Source: Candidatus Pacearchaeota archaeon (GTDB taxonomy: Archaea > Nanobdellota > Nanobdellia > Pacearchaeales > UBA284). Taken from it: 32,000 bases of DNA. Shown here piece after piece: positions 24,272-32,000 of this stretch. The position numbers were made by a program, and so were the translations under genes. Below the pieces are notes generated by a model. The model worked only from the letters and a program-made list of their open reading frames with translations, did not search any database and was not told the origin of the DNA. The stretch lies in the NCBI GenBank assembly GCA_026016245.1, contig CP061211.1, positions 300,001 to 332,000 on the forward strand. Direction: 5' to 3'. Each line of letters opens with the position of its first letter. Positions within the stretch are counted from its first letter, which is position 1.

Positions 24272-25093
24272 ATGGAAAAAGAGGGGAGTGAAGAAAAACA
24301 AAGGGGAGAAAACCAAGAACAAGAATATTTGATTGAAAAATTCCTTGAAGAGCTCAGATTAAGAAAATATTCTTCTCAGACAGAAAAATCTTATCTTAGA
24401 ATTATTAAGGAATTTTTAAAATCTGGTAAAACGTTAAGAGAATTTCTATTGGGTTATTCAAATAAAAGTAGATCTTATGTTAGAAGTGTTTATTTTGCCT
24501 TGAAATTTTTTTATGAAAATGCTCTTGATGAAAAATTTCAAGAGAAGATACCTCTTGTTAAAACAAAATTAAAATTACCAATTATTTTATCGAGAGAAGA
24601 AATTAAAAAAATGATAGATGTTACAGAAAATTTAAAACATAAAATTGTTTTAATGCTTCTTTATTATGCTGGTCTTCGTTTAGATGAAACAAGAAATTTA
24701 AGATGGAAAGATACAGATTTTGATAGGAAATTAATTCACGTTAAAAAAACTAAAGGAGAGAATGAAAGAATTGTGTTTTTGCATGATAATTTAAAAAAAT
24801 GTCTTGAAGTATATGGGATAAAATCAGAAGGTTTAATTTTAATCTCAGAAAGAAATAAAAAATATGATAAAAGAAGTATTCAACAGATAGTTAAAAAAGC
24901 TTCTGAGAAAGTAGGGATAAATAAAAAAGTAAGCCCCCATACTCTTAGACATAGTTTTGCTACGCATCTCTTAGAGGCTGGAGCTGATATAAGATATATA
25001 CAACATTTACTTGGTCATAAAAATTTACAGACAACACAAATTTATACACATGTAGCAAATAAAAATATTAAAAGATTAGCTAAACTATTATAA
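24272..25093 (+). CDS. Xer/XerA-like tyrosine recombinase
   Basis: AGLRLDETRNLRW (R), KKTKGENER (K), HTLRHSFATHLLEAGADIRYIQHLLGHKNLQTTQIYTH (HxxR..H..Y); N-terminal SAM-like domain; no obvious IntI-specific insertion. Confidence 0.9.
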   Translation: MEKEGSEEKQRGENQEQEYLIEKFLEELRLRKYSSQTEKSYLRIIKEFLKSGKTLREFLLGYSNKSRSYVRSVYFALKFFYENALDEKFQEKIPLVKTKLKLPIILSREEIKKMIDVTENLKHKIVLMLLYYAGLRLDETRNLRWKDTDFDRKLIHVKKTKGENERIVFLHDNLKKCLEVYGIKSEGLILISERNKKYDKRSIQQIVKKASEKVGINKKVSPHTLRHSFATHLLEAGADIRYIQHLLGHKNLQTTQIYTHVANKNIKRLAKLL

Positions 25094-25126
25094 AAAAATA
25101 GAAGGAATAAGAAAAGGGAAAAGAAA

Positions 25127-27532
25127 ATGCCACATATTAAGAAACTTCATCTGCACGGATTCAAATCATTTGCAAAACCAACAGATATTTTATTTGATAA
25201 AGGTATGAATGTTATTGTTGGTCCTAACGGAAGTGGGAAAAGCAACTTGGCAGATGCTGTATGTTTTGTTCTTGGAAGGCTGAAAGTCAAGAGTCTTAGA
25301 GCAAATAAGACAGCTAAACTTATTTATCATGGAGGTAAAGAGGGTAAGCCAGCCCAGAATGCTAAGGTAAGTATGGTGTTTGATAATAGTGATGGTGTTT
25401 TTGCCTTACCAGAACCTTCTGATGAGGTTGAGATTGCAAGAATAGCGAAGAGAGATGGTACTAGCACTTATAAAATTAATAACAAAACTAAAACAAGACA
25501 GGAGATTCTAGAACTTTTGGCACAGGCTGGAGTTGATCCAGAGGGTTTTAATATCATACTCCAGGCAGAAATAAGCACTATAATAAATATGCATACTGAG
25601 GAAAAAAGGGAGATTATTGAGGAAATTGCTGGAATTAAGATTTATGAAGTAAGAAAGGAAAAATCTTTAAGAGAGCTTGAAAAAACTGAATCCAAATTAA
25701 AAGAAGTGAGAATAATACTAGACCAGAGAGCAGCCTATATGAAAAATCTAGAAAAGGAAAAAGAACAGGCAGAGAAGTATGAAAGATTAAGGAGAAATAT
25801 CAGAAGGGATAAAGCAGCTCTTGTTTTTAAAAAAGTCAAGGAAAAGGAAAGTGATAGGAATAAGTTAGAGAAAAAAATTAAGGAGAAAAAAGAGCAGCTA
25901 AGCAAGATACAAGACAAAATAAATTCTACTCAGAGAAAGATAATTGATTTTGATAAGCAGATTAGAGACATTGATGAACATATCAATAAAAGGTCTGGTG
26001 TTGAGCAAGAACAGCTTTATAATGAAATTTCTACGTTAAGATCTGAGACTGCAGTTCTTGGGGTAAGACTTGAAAATTATACAGAGCAGATGGATACCAT
26101 TGATAAAAGAGTTGAACAGTTAAAAATAGATGAAATAAGAATGAATCAGGAACTAAAGCAATTAGAGCAAGAAAAATCAAGGCAGAAAGAGCAAAAATTA
26201 GATATTCATGATTTTAGGGCTGAGGTTGTAAAAGCTGCCACAAGAATTAAAGATGCAAGCAAAAAAGTTGAGATGATTTTTTCTGATTTGTTTGAAAAAA
26301 TTAGACAGAGGAAAACAAGAATAGATGACCTTGTAAGGCAGAACAATATAAAAGGAATCCATGAAGAAGTTAATGCCCTTGTTTATTCTCTTGAAGAAAA
26401 TATCCCAGAATTAGGCAAGATTTCTAAAGAAACTTCAAAAATTGCTAGTGAAATCTCAAAACTTAAGATTAGTGAGGGGGAAAGAAGGAACATTAACATG
26501 GAAATTGAGCTTTTGAAAATAGAACTTGACAGGATGAGGGGAATTGTTAAAAAAAGTTTGCAGGAAAAGAAAGATATAGAACAACTTATAGAGGAATTGA
26601 AAAAAGATGAGGGAAAGAAGAAAAAATATGTGGTAGATAAAGAAAAAATTGAAAAAAAGTTAAGAAGTACTTTTGATAAACTACTACTAAAGAAAAGCCA
26701 GCTTCAAGGAATAGTGAAAAAGCAAGAGGTTATAGTCAAGGCAGAAGAAAGTAAGGCAAGAGAGATTGAAAATGAAACTCAGACAATTAGTTTAATAAAA
26801 GCTAGAATAGATACCACACTCCAAATAGTCCAGTCAGAAATAGAAGAGTATAAAGAATTTAGGGAAGAGCTTGAAAAAGTGAGTCTTGGTACAAAAGAGC
26901 AGATTGAGATAAGAATAGAAAGAAATGAAAGGGTATTGGATGAGATAGGTTATGTGAATTTGAGGGCATTAGAAGTTTATGATAAAATTAAGGCTGATTA
27001 TGAAGAAATTGAGAGCAGAGTGAATAAATTAGAAGAGGAACAAAATGAAATTATGAAAATTATTGAAGAGGTTGATAAGAAAAAAAAACAAGCTTTTATG
27101 CAGACATTTAATGCAATAAATGAATCATTCTCAGAAAATTTCATGGCTTTGAGCAATAAGGGGCAGGCTTTCCTTGATTTAGAGAATAAGCAGAATCCAT
27201 TTGCTGGTGGTTTAGAAATTGTGATAAAATTGGCCAAAGGAAAATACATGGATGCTGATCAGCTTTCAGGAGGAGAAAAAGTTATTATTGCCCTGGCTCT
27301 TATATTTGCTATACAGAAATACAAACCTTATTGCTTCTATATTTTTGACGAGATTGACCCTGCCCTCGACAAAAGAAACAGTGAAAGATTAGCTAATATT
27401 TTAAGAAAGAATGTTCAAAAGAGCCAGTGTATCATTATAACGCACAATGATGCTATAATTAATAATGCTAATGTGTTGTATGGGGCCACAATGCAGGAAG
27501 GTATTAGCAAGATTATTGGTTTGAAGGTTTAA
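25127..27532 (+). CDS. SMC-like ATPase, 801 aa, no recognisable hinge
   Basis: LHGFKSFAKPTDILFDKGMNVIVGPNGSGKSNLADAVCFVLG; QLSGGEKVIIALALIFAIQKYKPYCFYIFDEIDPALD. Confidence 0.88.
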   Translation: MPHIKKLHLHGFKSFAKPTDILFDKGMNVIVGPNGSGKSNLADAVCFVLGRLKVKSLRANKTAKLIYHGGKEGKPAQNAKVSMVFDNSDGVFALPEPSDEVEIARIAKRDGTSTYKINNKTKTRQEILELLAQAGVDPEGFNIILQAEISTIINMHTEEKREIIEEIAGIKIYEVRKEKSLRELEKTESKLKEVRIILDQRAAYMKNLEKEKEQAEKYERLRRNIRRDKAALVFKKVKEKESDRNKLEKKIKEKKEQLSKIQDKINSTQRKIIDFDKQIRDIDEHINKRSGVEQEQLYNEISTLRSETAVLGVRLENYTEQMDTIDKRVEQLKIDEIRMNQELKQLEQEKSRQKEQKLDIHDFRAEVVKAATRIKDASKKVEMIFSDLFEKIRQRKTRIDDLVRQNNIKGIHEEVNALVYSLEENIPELGKISKETSKIASEISKLKISEGERRNINMEIELLKIELDRMRGIVKKSLQEKKDIEQLIEELKKDEGKKKKYVVDKEKIEKKLRSTFDKLLLKKSQLQGIVKKQEVIVKAEESKAREIENETQTISLIKARIDTTLQIVQSEIEEYKEFREELEKVSLGTKEQIEIRIERNERVLDEIGYVNLRALEVYDKIKADYEEIESRVNKLEEEQNEIMKIIEEVDKKKKQAFMQTFNAINESFSENFMALSNKGQAFLDLENKQNPFAGGLEIVIKLAKGKYMDADQLSGGEKVIIALALIFAIQKYKPYCFYIFDEIDPALDKRNSERLANILRKNVQKSQCIIITHNDAIINNANVLYGATMQEGISKIIGLKV

Positions 27533-27879
27533 CCAGGATAATGTTGTCCATCAGGGATCTCTTTTCTTTTTTTAAATATCTCTTCATCTATCATAATTCC
27601 TTGCCTAAAATCTCCTCCCAATACTACAATCACTTTATTTTCTAGATCTTTTTTTGATTTGCATTTCATCTTCTTTAGAAATTTTTCTAGATTATCTGGA
27701 GCAAGATCAACAAAATTCATTAAACCTGGTTCAGGAAGAAATTGTATTCTTAGCACTTCGTTTTCATAAAAATATGTACGAAATATTACAGCATATCTCT
27801 TTTCAAATTCGTGATAATTTTTTGCTATTTCTTTACTACGAAACCATCCACTTACAGGATGTTTATAATATTCAAGCAT
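27529..27879 (-). CDS. Hypothetical protein
   Basis: 116 aa ORF, convergent with SMC-like gene, ends overlap. Confidence 0.5.
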   Translation of the reverse strand: MLEYYKHPVSGWFRSKEIAKNYHEFEKRYAVIFRTYFYENEVLRIQFLPEPGLMNFVDLAPDNLEKFLKKMKCKSKKDLENKVIVVLGGDFRQGIMIDEEIFKKRKEIPDGQHYPG

Positions 27880-27944
27880 TTTTTTCTTAGCTCTTTTTAT
27901 TTCTTTCTGTTGTTTATTTCAACTTCCTCTTCGAAAAAATTAAT

Positions 27945-28379
27945 TTACATATCTTCTGTATTTTTTACATATTCTCTCAGATAGTTTCGAAAACCGTGAT
28001 TAAGTCTGATAGGCTCACTAAAATTATATCTTTTCTTACTGCAAACTATTATACCTTGTTCGATAAGATGATCCAAATCATCTTTAAAATTTCCTTTAGA
28101 ATAACCCTCAGAATATAAAATTTGTATTCTATTGAAATATTCCATCACCCTTTTATGAGATATCCCTTTTCTTGGTTGTTCTTTATTTTTATCTATATCC
28201 TGAAACATTAATTCCAAAATTAATCTTCTACTCCTGTACGCCCAGCACCCTATTTCCTCATGAAAACAACAGTCAATTACATTTTTCCCTAATTCATTTA
28301 GATTTTTGACTATTTTCTTTTCAGTATTTGCAATTAAATTTACTAATCCAAGAAATTGACTATTTATTTTTTCTGCCAT
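27945..28379 (-). CDS. Hypothetical protein
   Basis: 144 aa ORF. Confidence 0.5.
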   Translation of the reverse strand: MAEKINSQFLGLVNLIANTEKKIVKNLNELGKNVIDCCFHEEIGCWAYRSRRLILELMFQDIDKNKEQPRKGISHKRVMEYFNRIQILYSEGYSKGNFKDDLDHLIEQGIIVCSKKRYNFSEPIRLNHGFRNYLREYVKNTEDM

Positions 28380-28399
28380 CTTTATAAAAATAAGAAAAT

Positions 28400-31057
28400 T
28401 TATTTCTTTCTGTTGTTTACTGGAGCTTCCTCTTCAAAGAATCCTATGATTTTTTTGCCTAGTCCACTAAGAAGAAGGATTATTATAATAAGGATAATTA
28501 TTCCTGCTATGATTAAACCTCTGTATTGTGAGAAAAAATCAACTGTTTCTGGTTTTTCTTCTTCTTCCTCAGCCTCTTCTTCAGTTGGTTCTTCTATTTC
28601 TGGTTCTGGTTCCTCTTCTTCAGGTTCAGCTGCTTCTGTTATTGTTATTGTTACTACATTACTCTGTACAAGTTCTTTGCCATCAGAAGCATAGAAAGTT
28701 ACCTCTCTTTCCTCTCCTTCCATGTCTGGTTGAGGTGTAAGCTTAATAACAGATCCAGTGATTGATACATCGACATTAAGAGGTTTGACAGTAACAAAAG
28801 TCAAATCATCTCCATCTGGATCTTCGAAATAATCAGCAAGATCTATTTCATATGATTGTCCTGCTGGAATTTCTATATCAGGAAATTCTTTAGCAAGTAT
28901 TGGAGCTTGATTTTCACCTTCTACTGGTTCTTCAATTTCTTCTTCTGGCTCTTCTTCAGGAATTTCTTCTTCAAGTTCTTTAAAGGTTAAATCTGCTACT
29001 CCATCAGTTATATTATTTAATGTGATTTCAAGATCAAGATAGCCATTACCATCAGTATCAAACTGTTTAGTTTCTCCGATATTTAAATCAACTATGAATG
29101 GTTCAGATAATATTTGAATTGTTACGCTATCATCTCCAACTTCTTCGATTTCTGCTGTATGTTCTTCATCTTTAATATTAAATTTAAAAGAATCTCCTTC
29201 AGAACCACTAAATTGTTGTTCTACTTCCTCAACTTCCTCTTCTTCCTGTTCCTCTTCCCCAGGCTCAGGTTCTTCTTCAGGTTGTTCTTCTGTAACATTT
29301 TCTTCTTCTGCTTGTTTTGGTGTGAAAATATTGGCAATCCAGTTTATGATTTTTTGGAACCATGATTCTTCCTCTTCTTCAACTGGTTCTGGTATGATAG
29401 GTTCTAATTCTTCAGTTTCAACTACTGAGATTGTAACAGTGTCTGATGCTAGGATTGTTGTGTCTTCTAATCTGACTGTTACTGTAACCTTATAATCTTG
29501 AAGTTGTGTTTCAGGTGGAGGAGCTATGTATAGATAGACTGTTTGTGCCTCACCTGGTTCTATGTCAATTGCTCCAGGATTGATTTGTGAGAAGCTTGTT
29601 CCTGTTCCAGATATTTCAATATTATAGTGAGCTGGTTGTTCACCTTTATTTTCTATTATAAAAATTCCAGTAGCTGTGCTATCTTTTGCTACTCTAATGA
29701 CATCGTCTTTTGCGCTGATTGATGGTTTGTAGCAATCTTCTATTGTCACTGTACTAATACTTATTGTATCTTCAGCTTCAGCACCACTTAAAGGATCTCT
29801 TGCTTTTATTGTGAAGTCATATGCTCCTCCTAGAGTATTGTAAGGAGGATGTATGTCAAGAATAAAGCTTTTTTCTTCACCTGGTGTAAGGGTGAAGTGT
29901 TTCTCAGATATTGTTGCCCATTCCTGGCCTTCTAATGTGATGTCAAAAGTATTATCAAACTTTCCATTATTTCTCACTATGACAGCATAAGTATTGCTTA
30001 AAGCATTACACATCCTATCTTCCTCTTCCTCAATTGTTACAGAAACACCATAGCATTTTTCAACATCAATGCTGACATCATATTTCTTTAAGACTTTACC
30101 ATAATCAGTTAGAATTTCAATATTAACTGAGAAGTTTCCTTCTGTCATATAAGGTGGCCTTGCAATAATATTAAAAGTTTTCTCTTCTCCCTCTGCCACA
30201 TTAAGTGTTTTTTGATCAAGAGTTGTCCAGGATGGACCATACATATTAATTCTATATATATTATCTCTTGTTCCTAAATTCCTGATTTTTATAGGAATAC
30301 TAAGTTCCTCAGCCTCACACATCCTATAATAGATCTTCTCACTACTTAGGGTATAATCATAACAAGAAACAATCTCTATGTTAGCCACTTTGTTTGCCTG
30401 AGCATAAGGACTCTCAGATGTAACAACAAAATTTACCTCATAAGTCCCAGCAACATTACAGGGTGTTAATACATAAACTTCAATATCTGTTTCTGTACAG
30501 CTTGCTAGTGTTACAGATTCTGAAGAAAGACTTATCCAATCTGCAGCTGGTCCTTCAACTATTATGTCATAATTTTCTAGATAATTACCCATATTATTAA
30601 TATTTAATAATATAGTTTCTTCTTCGCAAGCACAAATCATGAGTGTTTCAGGTTCAACACTTAAAATAGTATTATGACAATTTTCTACTATCACATTATG
30701 TTCAACTGTTTTTATGTTTCCATTAGCTTTTTCCACAGTTATTTTAAGCTTGTAATTGCCTGGGGTAACTTGACTGGAAGGAGTAATATAAGAATAAATT
30801 GATTGAGCCTGGCCTCCTTCAAGCCAGAATCCTGTTGGAACACTTGTTGTGAATGTTGCTGCTGTTCCTTCTACTGTTACTGTAAATGCACCTGCTGTTG
30901 ATGCTGTTACAATATCTTCAATAACAATAGTAGAAGAAGGACAGACAGTGTTAGTTGTAATATTAGAGGTTATAGTAAATGCAGATGCTTGTGTTAAAGC
31001 AAATACAAATACAAACAAAAACATCAAAAACAATAATGTTGACCTTAACCTTTCCAT
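28400..31057 (-). CDS. Large secreted/surface protein with repeated Ig/NEW3-like domains, acidic linker and C-terminal TM anchor
   Basis: N-terminal signal-like TM; repeated Cys/beta-rich units; E-rich low-complexity; C-terminal LIIAGIIILIIIILLLSGLGKK. Confidence 0.75.
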   Translation of the reverse strand: MERLRSTLLFLMFLFVFVFALTQASAFTITSNITTNTVCPSSTIVIEDIVTASTAGAFTVTVEGTAATFTTSVPTGFWLEGGQAQSIYSYITPSSQVTPGNYKLKITVEKANGNIKTVEHNVIVENCHNTILSVEPETLMICACEEETILLNINNMGNYLENYDIIVEGPAADWISLSSESVTLASCTETDIEVYVLTPCNVAGTYEVNFVVTSESPYAQANKVANIEIVSCYDYTLSSEKIYYRMCEAEELSIPIKIRNLGTRDNIYRINMYGPSWTTLDQKTLNVAEGEEKTFNIIARPPYMTEGNFSVNIEILTDYGKVLKKYDVSIDVEKCYGVSVTIEEEEDRMCNALSNTYAVIVRNNGKFDNTFDITLEGQEWATISEKHFTLTPGEEKSFILDIHPPYNTLGGAYDFTIKARDPLSGAEAEDTISISTVTIEDCYKPSISAKDDVIRVAKDSTATGIFIIENKGEQPAHYNIEISGTGTSFSQINPGAIDIEPGEAQTVYLYIAPPPETQLQDYKVTVTVRLEDTTILASDTVTISVVETEELEPIIPEPVEEEEESWFQKIINWIANIFTPKQAEEENVTEEQPEEEPEPGEEEQEEEEVEEVEQQFSGSEGDSFKFNIKDEEHTAEIEEVGDDSVTIQILSEPFIVDLNIGETKQFDTDGNGYLDLEITLNNITDGVADLTFKELEEEIPEEEPEEEIEEPVEGENQAPILAKEFPDIEIPAGQSYEIDLADYFEDPDGDDLTFVTVKPLNVDVSITGSVIKLTPQPDMEGEEREVTFYASDGKELVQSNVVTITITEAAEPEEEEPEPEIEEPTEEEAEEEEEKPETVDFFSQYRGLIIAGIIILIIIILLLSGLGKKIIGFFEEEAPVNNRKK

Positions 31058-31157
31058 TTTATTGTCGCTATGTTGTTACTTAAAAAGAGAAAGTGAGTAT
31101 ATAAACTTTTTTGTGGTTAAATATAACATTTATAAGATATAAAAAAAGAAAAAAATC

Positions 31158-31898
31158 TTATTTAGCAATTTCCCAAAGCAATTCAAAATAATTTAGAAAG
31201 CTTTTAACTACATCTTTACTTTCTAAAACAAAACCAATTGGATTTATATCCCAAATGATTATAGCAACTTTATTTCCGTAAACTATTGTTGTTGCTGGAA
31301 ATTCAAATTTTTCTGGCAAAAATCTAACTTCAACTAATTTTTGTTCTTTTGTTGGTCTTTTTCCTTTCAACTTAATATTATAAATTATCTTGTAGTTTAT
31401 TTTTGCTTTAATTCTTCTTTTCTGCCAATTATCAAAATACCATTTGAAAATTTCTTTGAACCTGCCCTCAGCTCCAAAAGCAACAAAATCTTTCTTTGTT
31501 TTTAGGATATCTTCAAGAATATTTTTAATTCCCTCTTTACCAATAAATATCCTAACTTCCTGCTTTTCAGTTGCTATTTTTTGTCTTTTAATTAATTCTG
31601 GTAAAATTTTTTTAATTTCTAATTTATCTTCTTTAATTTTATGCTCTTTGCTTTCTAAAATTTGTAAAATTCTTTCTGGATTTTCAGAATTGAAATATTT
31701 CTTGTTGTTTTTTATAATAAAGCTAACTAATCCAAGATCAATAAGCTTGTCAAGAATATCATAAATATAACTTCTATGCAATCCTGTTTTCTTTACAAGA
31801 TCACTTACTGTTGCTGTGCCTATTTCAAGCAAAGTTAGATAGACTTTTCTATCATTTTTCGTTAATCCAATTTTTTCTAATATTTGAATATCTGTCAT
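31158..31898 (-). CDS. TrmB-family-like transcriptional regulator
   Basis: LEKIGLTKNDRKVYLTLLEIGTATVSDLVKKTGLHRSYIYDILDKLIDLGLVSF wHTH. Confidence 0.85.
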   Translation of the reverse strand: MTDIQILEKIGLTKNDRKVYLTLLEIGTATVSDLVKKTGLHRSYIYDILDKLIDLGLVSFIIKNNKKYFNSENPERILQILESKEHKIKEDKLEIKKILPELIKRQKIATEKQEVRIFIGKEGIKNILEDILKTKKDFVAFGAEGRFKEIFKWYFDNWQKRRIKAKINYKIIYNIKLKGKRPTKEQKLVEVRFLPEKFEFPATTIVYGNKVAIIIWDINPIGFVLESKDVVKSFLNYFELLWEIAK

Positions 31899-32000
31899 AT
31901 ATTTATATTATCTTTTGCTTATTTATAAATCTTGCGAAATTGTCGTAAGTAACTATGCTGGCAAATATTTAAATATAAACTATTAATGATATTACTATAA

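Noticed and set aside
24272-25093. Canonical integron integrase IntI
   Set aside because: The protein is 273 aa and has no visible IntI-specific insertion before the HxxR motif; called Xer-like instead.
28356-28740. Plus-strand ORFs with Ser/Leu-rich repeats opposite the surface protein
   Set aside because: Mirror translation of Glu-rich low-complexity coding sequence.

Overview
AT-rich archaeal genome window, DPANN/Woesearchaeota-like by gene content and style (inference). Housekeeping blocks (LeuRS, S49 peptidase, Cdc48-type AAA+, type II methionine aminopeptidase, GAF-GGDEF protein, RNA m5C methyltransferase region, SMC-like ATPase, large surface protein, TrmB-like regulator) flank an accessory island at about 12.66-24.22 kb. 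The island reads as an integron-like array of about 11 one- or two-gene cassettes. The cassettes are separated by higher-GC, hairpin-rich junctions. Most junctions have imperfect inverted arms, TAACA(2-3 extra nt)...ATTAA / TTAAT...TGTTA, that resemble attC arms. In addition, the sequences just inside most cassettes form cassette-specific inverted repeats across the gene (8-16 bp exact blocks, often two nested blocks). Their sequence differs between cassettes while complementarity is kept. If a cassette circularised at G^TTA, these flanks would sit on either side of the junction site and make one long palindrome. Small hairpins with GAA/AAA-type three-base loops recur throughout. An 11th junction-like site at 24180-24221 sits directly before a Xer-like tyrosine recombinase (24272-25093) with no recognisable IntI-specific insertion. 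I regard this as the best candidate for a previously undescribed system: an archaeal, structure-recognised cassette array served by a Xer-type recombinase. Its mobility and its link to the recombinase are inference. Other notable points are a LeuRS with an RBBP9/YdeN-like alpha/beta-hydrolase segment at the expected editing-domain position, a short hinge-less SMC-like protein, an archaeal GGDEF protein without an I-site, and a low-adenine variable-region-like C-terminus.
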